Below are positions 35,469 through 46,000 of a DNA stretch of 52,173 nt, in pieces. Origin of the DNA: an uncultured Clostridia bacterium (lineage in GTDB: Bacteria; Bacillota; Clostridia; Christensenellales; UBA1242); contig CALVZD010000002.1 in assembly GCA_944372435.1 (NCBI GenBank), positions 1 through 52,173 on the forward strand, in the 5' to 3' direction. Each line of letters opens with the position of its first letter. The first letter of the stretch is position 1. The translations under genes and the position numbers were made by a program. The notes beneath the pieces were generated by a model that worked only from the letters and a program-made list of their open reading frames with translations, was not told where the DNA came from and did not search any database.

Positions 35469-35582
35469 GTCAATGTATAAAGTTTTCAGGATTTTATGAT
35501 GTAAAGTGTAAAACTTTTATCATTCAAGCAAAACGGCTTTTTGAAAACTTCGTTTAATACGATAAAAAATTTTAATTTTTGC

Positions 35583-36782
35583 CTATTTATGCTTTAATTC
35601 CTTTCGCAAGATATCCCCTGGCAAAAGCGGCAACGAGCAATCGATGCTGACCTGCATCTGCGCAGAATTTGCTTTTTCGATCTTTTCGCCGCTTTTGTTT
35701 GTCATGTTTTTGACAACCAAAGTTTTGTTGTGAAGCTCGCTGTTTGGGCTGAGCACCTCCAAAATGTCGCCCTCTTTGAAGAAATTGCGCTGTTCAAGTG
35801 TGGCTCTGCCATTTTTGCACTTTTTTACCACCGCGACAAACTCATGAGTTTGAAACGGTGTTGAACTTTCGCGAAACTGTCTGTCGTTTTCATTAAAATA
35901 AAACCCTGTGGTAAATCTGCGGTGGCTGGTTTTTTCAAGCTCGCAAACAAACTCGTCTCCTGCGCGTTTTGGCAGCATATCTATCGCCTTGCGATAGGCG
36001 TTTGTCACGCAGGCGACATAATAGCTCGACTTCATCCTGCCCTCAATTTTGAGCGAGCTGACGCCGGCTTTTTTTAGCTCAGGCAGATGAGTGATCATGC
36101 AAAGATCCTTTGAGTTTAAAATGTAGGTGCCTTTTTCGTCTTCTTCAACTTCGAGCTCATCGTCGCGGCTTTCTTCGCGAATAAAATATTTCCAGCGGCA
36201 CGCTTGAACGCAGGCGCCGCGATTGGCGTCTCTGCCCGTGAGATAGTTGGAAAGCAGGCATCTGCCCGAATATGCCATACACATGGCGCCGTGAACAAAG
36301 CACTCGATCTCAACCCTGCCTTTCAAGCCCTTTGCGATTGACGCTATTTCTTTGAGGCTAAGCTCTCGCGCAAGCACGATCCTCTTCACGCCAAGGTCCG
36401 CCAAAAAGAGTGCGGTTTGCAGGTTTGTGACATTTGCTTGCGTGCTGACATGAACATTCAAATTTGGAAAATTTTTGCGAATAAATGCAATCAAGCCAAA
36501 GTCGGAAACGATAACGCCGTCAACGCCGATTTCGTTTAGAAAAGCAAGATACTTTTTTGCAGGCGAAAAATCAGCATCTCTAGCGAGGATGTTGACAGTT
36601 ACATACACTTTTTTGTTTTTTTCATGCGCATATGCGCAAGCTTTTTTGAGAAGCGCATTTGAAAAATTTCCGGCAAAAGCGCGCAGACCAAAACTACGCC
36701 CTGCAAGATACACGGCGTCGGCCCCATAATGAATTGCCGTCAAAAATTTTTCATAATTTCCTGCTGGTGAAAGTAGCTCCAT
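35583..36782 (-). CDS. Peptidase U32 family protein
   Basis: MELLSPAGN... N-terminus (ATG 36782 after GGAG), the E..VHGA.C...SG.C motif (IECFVHGAMCMAYSGRCLLSNY), and SLKIEGRMKS. Confidence 0.88.
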   Translation of the reverse strand: MELLSPAGNYEKFLTAIHYGADAVYLAGRSFGLRAFAGNFSNALLKKACAYAHEKNKKVYVTVNILARDADFSPAKKYLAFLNEIGVDGVIVSDFGLIAFIRKNFPNLNVHVSTQANVTNLQTALFLADLGVKRIVLARELSLKEIASIAKGLKGRVEIECFVHGAMCMAYSGRCLLSNYLTGRDANRGACVQACRWKYFIREESRDDELEVEEDEKGTYILNSKDLCMITHLPELKKAGVSSLKIEGRMKSSYYVACVTNAYRKAIDMLPKRAGDEFVCELEKTSHRRFTTGFYFNENDRQFRESSTPFQTHEFVAVVKKCKNGRATLEQRNFFKEGDILEVLSPNSELHNKTLVVKNMTNKSGEKIEKANSAQMQVSIDCSLPLLPGDILRKELKHK

Positions 36783-36796
36783 TTTTTTCTCCAAAA

Positions 36797-37849
36797 TTAA
36801 AGGTCTATCGTCGGCCTTGCTGTCAAACCGAGCTCTGCCCTGCCCACACCTTTTCTGATATAGTAATAAGCCATGGAGCCGATCATCGCAGCGTTGTCAG
36901 TGCAATATTTAAGCTCTGGAAAGTAGGCCTTTCCGCCAATCTTTTCAGCAGCGGCTTTGAGTTTTTCTTGCAGCATACTGTTTGCGCCAACCCCGCCTGC
37001 GACCACAACCTTGCTCATCTTTGAAAGCTCCATCGCTCTTGCAACTTTGCCCACAAGCTCGTCGGTCACGCTCTCCTGAAAGCTGCGCGCCACATCAGCA
37101 GGCGAAAAGCTTTCGCCCTTTTGAGTTTTGTTGTGAACATAATTTATCACAGCGGTTTTTATGCCACTAAACGAAAATTTGAGGGTGGATTTCAGCGAGT
37201 TCGACACCGTGAATTTTATGTTGTTTTCTCCCTTTTTTGCCAGCTTGTCGATCTCTGGCCCGCCTGGATAAGGCAGTGAAAGCACGCGTGCGACCTTGTC
37301 AAACGCCTCACCGACAGCGTCGTCAACAGTGCTGCCGAGCATTTTGAATTTTGTGTAGTCGCTTACCTTTAAAATAGCCGTGTGCCCGCCGCTTACCATA
37401 AGGCACAAAAATGGCGGTTGAAGGTCTGGGTGCGAAATATAGTTGGAAGCGATATGCCCGTGAACATGGTTGACAGCGATCAGCGGTTTTTTGAGAGCAT
37501 AGCTCAGTCCCTTTGCAAAATTGACGCCGACAAGCAGCGCGCCCATAAGACCGGCGCCATATGTTACTGCGATCGCGTCCAACTGCTCGGCGGAGATATT
37601 TGCCTGCCTTAGTGCCTCCTCATACAAATTGGAGATCGCGAGAAGATGGTTGCGCGAGGCGATTTCTGGCACAACGCCACCAAATCTTCTGTGGATGTCG
37701 ATCTGAGAGGCTATGACATTTGACAGCACCTCTCTGCCATTTTTTACAACGCTCACCGCAGTTTCGTCGCATGACGACTCAATGGCAAGAATCAACAAAT
37801 CTTGCTTGTTTTTCAGGTTGTTAAATTCGCTTGCCATAAACTTTTTCAT
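36797..37849 (-). CDS. tsaD: tRNA N6-adenosine threonylcarbamoyltransferase TsaD
   Basis: ILAIESSCDETAVSVV, VNHVHGHI metal site and LMVSGGHT motifs. Confidence 0.93.
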   Translation of the reverse strand: MKKFMASEFNNLKNKQDLLILAIESSCDETAVSVVKNGREVLSNVIASQIDIHRRFGGVVPEIASRNHLLAISNLYEEALRQANISAEQLDAIAVTYGAGLMGALLVGVNFAKGLSYALKKPLIAVNHVHGHIASNYISHPDLQPPFLCLMVSGGHTAILKVSDYTKFKMLGSTVDDAVGEAFDKVARVLSLPYPGGPEIDKLAKKGENNIKFTVSNSLKSTLKFSFSGIKTAVINYVHNKTQKGESFSPADVARSFQESVTDELVGKVARAMELSKMSKVVVAGGVGANSMLQEKLKAAAEKIGGKAYFPELKYCTDNAAMIGSMAYYYIRKGVGRAELGLTARPTIDL

Positions 37850-37856
37850 ATATCAC

Positions 37857-38952
37857 CTATATCTTTTGCAAATAAGCCAGAATAAATTCTTGAATTTCAC
37901 CATTCATCACGCCTTGTATGTCGCTTGTTTCATAGCCAGTTCTGTGGTCTTTGACCAAGGTGTATGGGCAGAAAACATAAGAGCGGATCTGGCTGCCCCA
38001 CTCGATTTTTTTGATTTCGCCCTTGATCGAGGATATCTCTTCAAGTTGTTCGCGCTCCTGCTTTTCGGCCAGTTTGGAATACAGCATTTTCATCGCTCTT
38101 TCACGATTCTGGATTTGTGAGCGCTCTGTTTGGCATGAAACGACGATACCTGTTGGAATGTGGGTTATTCTGATTGCCGACTCCGTTTTGTTGACATGCT
38201 GTCCGCCGGCGCCGCTCGCCCTGTAAGTGTCGATTTTCAGCTCCTCAGGCTTGATTTCAATATCCTCAGCCTCTTCAAGCTCTGGCATAACCTCGACGCT
38301 GGCAAAACTTGTGTGTCGCCTTGCGTTGGCATCAAACGGCGATATCCTCACCAGCCTGTGAATGCCCTTTTCGGCTTTCAAATAGCCATAGGCGTTGTCG
38401 CCAGACACGACAAAGTTGATGTTTTTTATCCCAGCCTCGTCGCCATCCAAAACATCCAGCACTTTGAGCTTGAAGCCATTTTTTTCGGCATACATCGAAT
38501 ACATCCTGAAAAGCATCTGCGCCCAATCCTGCGCCTCAGTTCCGCCAGCCCCTGCGTGGATGTTCATGATCGCGTTGTAGGAGTCATACTTTCCTGCAAG
38601 CAGCGTCAAAATTTTAAGGTTTTCACACTCTTTTTCAAAGGCTTTGAGAGAGGTTTTGAGTTCTTCAAAAAGCTCTTCGTCATCTTCCTGCTCGCAAAGC
38701 TCGACCATCGTTTCGATGTCAGAAAGCTGCTTTTCAAGCGAGGAAACCTTTTCTAGTTTGCCCTCTCGTTCGCGCAATTTTTTGCCAACCTCTTTGGCAA
38801 GCTGCGCGTTGGCATAAAAATCCGGTTGCAGCTGCTGAGCTTTAAGCTGGCTGCACTCGTCTTTTAGTTTTTCTGAGTCAAAGACACTCCTTTAAAAATT
38901 CAAAGTTTTCTTTCAGCTCTTTGAGCTGCATTTTTTCGTTATCTAAAATCAT
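37857..38952 (-). CDS. prfB: Peptide chain release factor 2, with a programmed +1 frameshift
   Basis: ATG at 38952 after AGGAGG. 24 codons lead to AGGAGTGT CTT TGA C (CTT 38883-38881, TGA 38880-38878). The +1 frame continues DSEKLKDE... into ORF 37857..38777, which carries SPF and GGQ (GAGGQHVNKTESA). Confidence 0.93.
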
Positions 38953-38991
38953 ATTTTCCTCCTATCTTTTCAAACAATCTGCCAATCAAAG

Positions 38992-40407
38992 CTAAGCCCA
39001 ATTGAAGGCTATTGTAGAATTGCTGAAAATTTGCAGGCTGTTTTGTCCGCCATTTATAACCGTTGGATTTGCGAGCGCCACATCATCTCTTGCAAAAGCC
39101 ACCTGATCGAGCGAAAACTGCCCTGCTCCAAATCTTGCAAATGATATCGTCAGGCTGGTTGAGCGAGGAAGATTTAGCCCAATTCGAGCGGTGTCGTTGC
39201 GAAGCGTGAGGTTGTTGAAATTGCTTGTTGCGTGCACATTTATTTCGCCGTTTTGTGATTCGAGCGAGATGTCGCCTGTCGCGCCGTCAGAGATGACGAC
39301 TTCGATTCGGCCGGAGGTGGTTGTGATCGAGGAGTTTGCGCTGATGCCGCTTGTCATATCCTTGCCGGAAGAGCCATCAGAAAAGATGCTGACGCTGCCT
39401 GAGGTGGTTGTGATGTTTGCTGGGCCTGTGACAGAGCCGATCTCAAATCGAGAATCCTGCCCGCGCGGAACATTTATTCCGCCGCGAATGAGCGTGATTC
39501 TGATGACAGACGAGCCCATATCGGTGGAAGCAGCAAAATCCCAATTGCCATAAACCTGCCCGACCGTCACATGAGCGTTTTTGAAATTTGAACTAACATT
39601 TGCAGAGATCTCTCCAATGCTCAGCCTGCCGCTTTCGCTGCTTAGCGTCGTAGTTGCGGTCGAAGCGATCGAGCCAAGCGACATATCGCCTGAGGTTGTT
39701 TGAAGCGCCAAGTTTTCAGCTCTGATGCTGGATTTTGCGCTGCTGATTTCGCCTGAACCGCTTTTAAGTGAAAGAATGTTGTAAGAAGAAGGCGCGTGCG
39801 AGGAAAGCAGAATGTCGCCAGACTGCGTTTCGACATCCAAGCTTGCAAGAGCAATATCTCGCGAGTAGCCTGTTATCACCGGTCCGCCGATGTTGACATC
39901 GCCGTCAGTGGTTTTGATCGTGATCGGTTTGCCAGCAAAAGGCGCGAGCGAGTTGTTTGAAACGTGCAAAATGATCTGTGCGTTTTTGGAAAAATACAAA
40001 AATGCTGGTTGCTCTGACACTTCAATTTTCAAAACTCTATCCTCGATCGTCACACTAAACTGATATTCTTGCGCGTTTTTTGAAGTGACAAAACCGCAAG
40101 AGGTGTTGACAAGATAAACGCCGTCATAGTCAAACTCATTGTTGTTTTGAATTATGACCTCTGAGTAGCCAGCGTTGATTTCGACTGAGTCGAAATTTGG
40201 ATTTTGAAAGCTGATTTGTGTGGCAGACTCATCCGTTGTGTTTTCAACCCTGATTTGAGCGTTGTTTGTGAAATATTCAAGCCCCAAAATCGATGTGCCT
40301 GGCATAAAAAGCATAACGACAAAAATGACGAGCACTGCCGCCACTATTGCAATTAAAAACAAGCCGAAATAAAAGAAAAAACCTTTTTTGACTTTGTCTT
40401 CTGCCAT
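38992..40407 (-). CDS. DUF4097-like beta-helical protein with an N-terminal TM anchor
   Basis: N-terminal FFFYFGLFLIAIVAAVLVIFVVMLF helix, followed by repeated SG-D/E-I-x-h segments (TSGDMSL, ESGRLSI, TSGSVSI, TSGRIEV, QNGEINV). Confidence 0.65.
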   Translation of the reverse strand: MAEDKVKKGFFFYFGLFLIAIVAAVLVIFVVMLFMPGTSILGLEYFTNNAQIRVENTTDESATQISFQNPNFDSVEINAGYSEVIIQNNNEFDYDGVYLVNTSCGFVTSKNAQEYQFSVTIEDRVLKIEVSEQPAFLYFSKNAQIILHVSNNSLAPFAGKPITIKTTDGDVNIGGPVITGYSRDIALASLDVETQSGDILLSSHAPSSYNILSLKSGSGEISSAKSSIRAENLALQTTSGDMSLGSIASTATTTLSSESGRLSIGEISANVSSNFKNAHVTVGQVYGNWDFAASTDMGSSVIRITLIRGGINVPRGQDSRFEIGSVTGPANITTTSGSVSIFSDGSSGKDMTSGISANSSITTTSGRIEVVISDGATGDISLESQNGEINVHATSNFNNLTLRNDTARIGLNLPRSTSLTISFARFGAGQFSLDQVAFARDDVALANPTVINGGQNSLQIFSNSTIAFNWA

Positions 40408-40460
40408 ATTTCCTCCGTTTTTTATTAGTCTAGCAAAAATTATCTAAAAAATCAAGAAAA

Positions 40461-42251
40461 TCACTCTAAAATCGCCTTTATTCTTCGAACACCTGCCGAC
40501 GAGCTTTCTTCTTTTGTGATTTTAAATATTCCAAGCACGCCGGTGTTTTCAACATGAGGACCGCCACAAATTTCTTTGCTGACATCGCCGATTGTGTAGA
40601 CTTTGACCTTTTCGCCATATTTGTTTTCAAACGAGCCAACAGCGCCCGATTTTTTGGCATCGTCTAGGCTCATTTCAGCGCAGCTAACTGGCAGTTTTTT
40701 GGCAATCGCGTCGTTGACAAATTTCTCCAAAAATTCAAGTTCGCTCTTTTCCAGCTTTCGAGGAAAACTAAAATCAAAACGCAGTCTTTCTGCCGTCAGA
40801 TTTGAACCCTTTTGTTTGGTTTCAGGGTCGAGTTTTCTCAGCCCTGCAAGCAAAAGATGGCAAGCTGTGTGATATTTGATCGTCTGCTCACTGCTGTCAG
40901 CAAGGCCTCCTTTGAAAGTTCCCACCGTTGCTGTTCGTGAAATATCTTGATGATGTTTGAACTCTTGATTAAAGCCCTCTTCATCCACTTGATATCCCCT
41001 CTCCTTTGCCATCTCTTTTGTCAGCTCTAATGGAAAGCCGAAGGTATCATAAAGCCTGAACGCAGCTTTGCCGCTTATGATATCTTTGACAATTTCGCCT
41101 GTTTTTGCAGCAAACTGTTTGTGGCGTTCGATGCCGGAGAGCACTTTTTCAAACTCTTTGTAGCCGCCTTCGATCGCCTTTGAAAATTTTTGCATCTCTT
41201 TTGCGAGCTCATCCTTGACAAACTCACGCTTTTTTGCAAGCTCTGGATAGTCGAGGCAATATTCCTCAACAAACATATCCGCAAGTTCGAGCAAAGCTCC
41301 CTCTTCAAGCTGTAACTTGCGCGCATAGTTGACACTGCGCCTGATCAGCCTGCGCAAAATGTAGCCCTGCCCGAGGTTGCTTGGCACAACTCCCTTTTCA
41401 TCGCCCAAAACAAAAGTCGCCGCGCGGATATGATCGACTATGATCCTGCTCGCGCGCTCATCGAAAACTTTGCTCTTTTGTTTGACAAACTCGATTCCGC
41501 GTTTCAGCCCTCCGATTTCATAAACGCTGTCATAGCCATTTATCACCATGAGTGTTCGCTCAAGCCCCATGCCGGTGTCGATGTTTGGTCTGTCGAGTTT
41601 GACAGGCTTTTCGCCCTGTTTTTTGACAAGATATTCCATGAAAACATCGTTCCAAAACTCGACATATTTTCCGCAATCGCAGGCTGGTGAGCAATCTTTG
41701 GAGCAGTCTGGTTTGTCTTTTATCAAAAACATTTCGGTGTCAGGTCCGCAAGGTCCCTCGCCGCCACTGATGCTCCACCAGTTGTTCTCTTTTGGAAGAA
41801 AAAACACTTTGTCGATGCCATTTTCTTTCCAAGCTTTGGCAGCTTCTTCATCGCGCGGAGCATTTTCGTCGCCTGCAAACACGCTGACCGCCACCTTGTT
41901 TTTGTCAATTTTAAGCTCTTTTGTGATAAAGTCATAACTGAGCCTTATCATCGCGCATTTGTCGCATTCGCCAAGCGTCCAGCAGCCGAGCATTTCAAAA
42001 CAAGTCAGGTGGCTGTTGTCACCAACTTCATCGATATCGCTTGTTCGAAGACATTTTTGGATGTTGACAATCTTGTTGCCAGCCGGATGTTTTTCGCCGA
42101 GCAAATATGGCACAAGCGGATGCATGCCGGCGGTTGTGAAAAGCACACCAGTGTCGCTTTCTGGAATAATCGAGTATCCACTTATTTTTTTGAACCCATG
42201 TTTTTGAAAATAATCAAACCACTTTTGTTTTAATTCTCTGTCGCTTAACAT
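40461..42251 (-). CDS. alaS: Alanine--tRNA ligase, compact form (596 aa) lacking the C-Ala domain
   Basis: LFTTAGMHPLVPYLLGEKHP and FEMLGCWTLG class II core. Editing-site motifs HTACHLL and CGGPHV lie close to the C-terminus. Confidence 0.88.
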   Translation of the reverse strand: MLSDRELKQKWFDYFQKHGFKKISGYSIIPESDTGVLFTTAGMHPLVPYLLGEKHPAGNKIVNIQKCLRTSDIDEVGDNSHLTCFEMLGCWTLGECDKCAMIRLSYDFITKELKIDKNKVAVSVFAGDENAPRDEEAAKAWKENGIDKVFFLPKENNWWSISGGEGPCGPDTEMFLIKDKPDCSKDCSPACDCGKYVEFWNDVFMEYLVKKQGEKPVKLDRPNIDTGMGLERTLMVINGYDSVYEIGGLKRGIEFVKQKSKVFDERASRIIVDHIRAATFVLGDEKGVVPSNLGQGYILRRLIRRSVNYARKLQLEEGALLELADMFVEEYCLDYPELAKKREFVKDELAKEMQKFSKAIEGGYKEFEKVLSGIERHKQFAAKTGEIVKDIISGKAAFRLYDTFGFPLELTKEMAKERGYQVDEEGFNQEFKHHQDISRTATVGTFKGGLADSSEQTIKYHTACHLLLAGLRKLDPETKQKGSNLTAERLRFDFSFPRKLEKSELEFLEKFVNDAIAKKLPVSCAEMSLDDAKKSGAVGSFENKYGEKVKVYTIGDVSKEICGGPHVENTGVLGIFKITKEESSSAGVRRIKAILE

Positions 42252-42253
42252 AA

Positions 42254-42988
42254 CTAAAAATAAATCCTTTTAAGATAAAGCCCTTGTGGCTCCATCGTTT
42301 TTCCGGCTTTTGCGCGATTGCCAGTCTCTAAGGCCTGTTTGACATCGTCGAGAGAGAGCTTCCCGCGCCCCACATCGACGATCGTGCCGACCATGATTCT
42401 GACCATATGCTGCAAAAATCCGCTGCCCGTGAAGGTGAACTTGAAAAACTTTCCGCTTTTTGTGACCGACGCAACAAAAATCGTTCTCTCAAAAGTTTTG
42501 ACTTGCGCGTGCGCGCTGCAAAAGCCTTTAAAATTGTGCGTCCCCTCAAAAAGTTTGGCGCAAGAGCGCATCTTTTGAAGATCAAGCGAAAAGTTTGTGT
42601 GAGCAGCCAGCTTTCTCAAAAGCGGATTTTCGTCTTTTGTCGCCTGCAAAAGATAGACATACGTCTTTTTTTTGACATCGAACCTTGCGTGAAAGCTCAT
42701 CGGAACTTTTTGCGAGGAGGCTATCCTCACATCCTTGCCCAAAAGATCGTTGAGAGCAGGCTTCAAGTTTTTTGCTGGGATCTGAGAATTCAAATCAAAA
42801 TGTGCAACTTGGCAAAGCGCGTGAACTTTGGCATCCGTTCTGCTGCTGCCGACGAGAGTGACCTTTTCGCCCACAAGCTTTTCAATGGCTTTTTCAATTT
42901 CTTCCTGAACAGACCTGCCATTTTTTTGTTTTTGCCAGCCCACAAAGTCGCTGCCATCATATTGAATTTTGAGTTTGACCCTTTGCAT
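42254..42988 (-). CDS. truA: tRNA pseudouridine(38-40) synthase TruA
   Basis: MQRVKLKIQYDGSDFVGWQKQ and GSSRTDAKVHA (catalytic Asp). Start chosen by family N-terminus; the track ORF extends to 43048. Confidence 0.88.
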   Translation of the reverse strand: MQRVKLKIQYDGSDFVGWQKQKNGRSVQEEIEKAIEKLVGEKVTLVGSSRTDAKVHALCQVAHFDLNSQIPAKNLKPALNDLLGKDVRIASSQKVPMSFHARFDVKKKTYVYLLQATKDENPLLRKLAAHTNFSLDLQKMRSCAKLFEGTHNFKGFCSAHAQVKTFERTIFVASVTKSGKFFKFTFTGSGFLQHMVRIMVGTIVDVGRGKLSLDDVKQALETGNRAKAGKTMEPQGLYLKRIYF

Positions 42989-43084
42989 GAAAAAATTATA
43001 CAACATTTTCGCTTTCAAAAGCAAATAAATCTTTTGTTTTATTCGCATTTTGTTATATAATTATCCTAAATAAAGGAGAAAAAC

Positions 43085-46000
43085 ATGGCAAAAATCGTTG
43101 TTGATGGAAACACTGCAGCTGCAAGGGTCGCTTACTCGGTCAGTCAGCTCATGCCAATTTATCCCATCACCCCTTCCTCGCCAATGGCGGAATATTGCTC
43201 GCGCGCGGAAGCTGAGGGAAAACTAAACATCTTTGGCACTCTTCCTCACACGCTTGAAATGCAGTCAGAAGCAGGTGCCGCAGGCGCTCTTCACGGTGCA
43301 CTGATGGGAGGCGCTCTTGCCACCAGCTTCACATCAAGCCAAGGGCTGCTTTTGATGATTCCAAACCTTTACAAAATGGCGGGCGAATGTTTGCCTGCCG
43401 TCATCCATGTGGCGGCAAGAGCTGTGGCATCACACGCGCTTTCGATTTTTGGCGACCACTCGGATGTCATGAGCGTGAGGATGTGTGGATTTAATATGCT
43501 GTGCTCTTCAAATGTTCAAGAGGCGCAAGATATGGCCATGTGCGCACATATGCTCGCCCATCGCGCTTCACTGCCAGTTTTGCACTTTTTTGACGGCTTC
43601 CGCACAAGCCACGAATACCAAAAAATCGACATGCTCTCGAAAGAGGATATCGCTTCGCTCTTTCCTCTTAAAAGTCTGCCAGAGGCAAAACTAAATTCCT
43701 CCTCGCCGCTTATGTTTGGAACGGCACAAAACCCAGACGTCTTTTTTCAAAACAGGCTCGCACGCGAAAAAAAATACACCGAATTTCTCACAATCTGCGA
43801 CAAGGTTTTTGCCGATTTTGAAAAGCTGACACACAGAAAATATCACAAATTTGACTATTTTGGAAGCAAAAACGCCAAAAATATCGTCGTTTTGATGGGC
43901 TCTGCCTCTGAAACGATGATAGAAAACGCTCCAAAAGACGGCGGAGTTGTCAAAGTTAGGCTTTTTAGGCCTTTTGACACTCAGGCATTTTTGAAGGCAT
44001 TGCCAAAGTCGACCGAAAAAGTCATCGTGCTTGACAGAACCGTTGAAAGCGGAAGCAGAGAACCTCTGTTTTTGGATGTGAAAAACGCTCTTTCAGGCTT
44101 AAACATTTCTGTCGCAGGAGGCGTGTATGGGCTGGGCGGCAAAGAGTTCTCTCCTGTTGAAGAGCACGCCGTTTGGAAAAATTTTGAAAGCATGAAAGAT
44201 GATTTTTCGGTGGGCGTGAACGACGATATTCAAAAAAGCAGCCTGCCGCTTGAAAATTTTGTTCCGTCGCTTTCTGAAAAAGAGATAAAAATCTTTGGCC
44301 TGGGCTCTGACGGCTCGGTTTCGGCAAGCAAAACGATAACCAAGCTTTTGGGCAGAAAAGACGACACCTTTGTTCAGGGATATTTTGAATACGACTCAAA
44401 AAAGGCGGGAAGCTTGACAATTTCGCATTTGCGCGTGTCAAAAAAGCCAATTTTGAGCGCGTATCTCTGCCACCAGCCGGATATAGTGATGATAAACAAC
44501 TTTTCGTTTGTGCACAGGTATCACTGTCTGGAAGGGCTGAAAGACGGCGGCGTGGTGATTTTTAACACAATTTTTGAGCCTGACGAGCTGACAAAAGTGC
44601 TGCCGAACGAATACAAAAAGATTCTGCTTGAAAAAAAGGCGAAAGTTTTTGTGATAGATGGCCACAAAATTGCAAACGAAAACGGTTTGAAAGAAAAGAT
44701 CAACATGATCATGACGAGTGCGCTGTTTTCTTGCACAGGGCTTGTTAAAAACTTTGAGCCGCTTTTGATCGAAGATATCGCAAAAACCTTTGCTGAAAAA
44801 GGCAAAGAAGTGGTCGAGAAGAATATTTCGGCAGTCAAAGCGGCAGAAAACATGATTAAGCGCGTGAATTTGAAGCAAATTTTTGTTTCAACAGAACAAA
44901 TCAAGCCGAGATTTGCAGAAGATTTTAACAAAAGGCCTATTTCGCAATTTTCTTGCGACGGAAGCATCCAAACGGACACTTCTAAATTTGAAAAACGAGC
45001 AATCGCCGCAAGCATCTCGGAATGGCAAAAAGACAAGTGTATTCAGTGCGGTCAGTGCGTGCTCGCCTGCCCTCATGGAGCCTTGAAAGCCGTGCTTGTC
45101 AAACGCAAACCAAAGGATGTGCCTTTTGTCAAGGCGTATGGCGTTGACGGATACTATCGCATTCAAATCTCGCCAGAAGACTGCACCGGCTGCGGCCTTT
45201 GTCAAGAGATCTGCCCTGCACTTGGTAAGGCGATCATCATGCGTGATGCCTCCAAAATTTTGGAGCAGGAGAAAAAGAACTATCAACTCGTCAAAGATTT
45301 GAAAACGATAAAAAAGACGCCTTTTTCAAAAAATCTTGTCAAGGGCTTGCAGTTTGAAAAGAACTATTTTGAGTTTCCAGGAGCTTGTGCAGGCTGCGGT
45401 CAGACGCCATATATCAAGCTTGCGACGATGCTTTTTGGCGACAGAATGGTGATCGCAAATGCGACAGGCTGTTCGAGCATTTACAGCGGAAGCTACCCTT
45501 CCTGCCCTTATTCAAAAAACGAAAAGGGTCAAGGACCTGCCTGGGCAAACAGCTTGTTTGAGGATAACGCCGAGTTTGGCTATGGAATAAAAATGGCAAA
45601 AGCTTTACACAATTCGAACGAATCGGTTTGGATCATAGGCGGCGACGGCTGGGCATATGACATAGGTTTTGCGGGGCTTGACCACGTGCTATCCTCTGGC
45701 GCGAATGTCAATATTTTGGTGCTAGACAACGAAAACTACGCAAACACCGGCGGTCAAGCGTCGAAAGCGACACCTGCTGGCGCCTGCGTTCAGCTGGCAA
45801 ATTCCGGAAAAGAGACCAACAAAAAAAATCTCGGCCTCATGGCGATGACCTATAAAAATGTGTATGTGGCGCAAGTAGCACTCGGTGCGAATATGAACCA
45901 GTGCATCAAGGCTTTTCGCGAGGCAGAAAGCTTCAACGGCCCGAGCTTGATCATCGCCTACTCGACCTGTGTGAACCAAGGTTTTGATATGTCAAAATCC

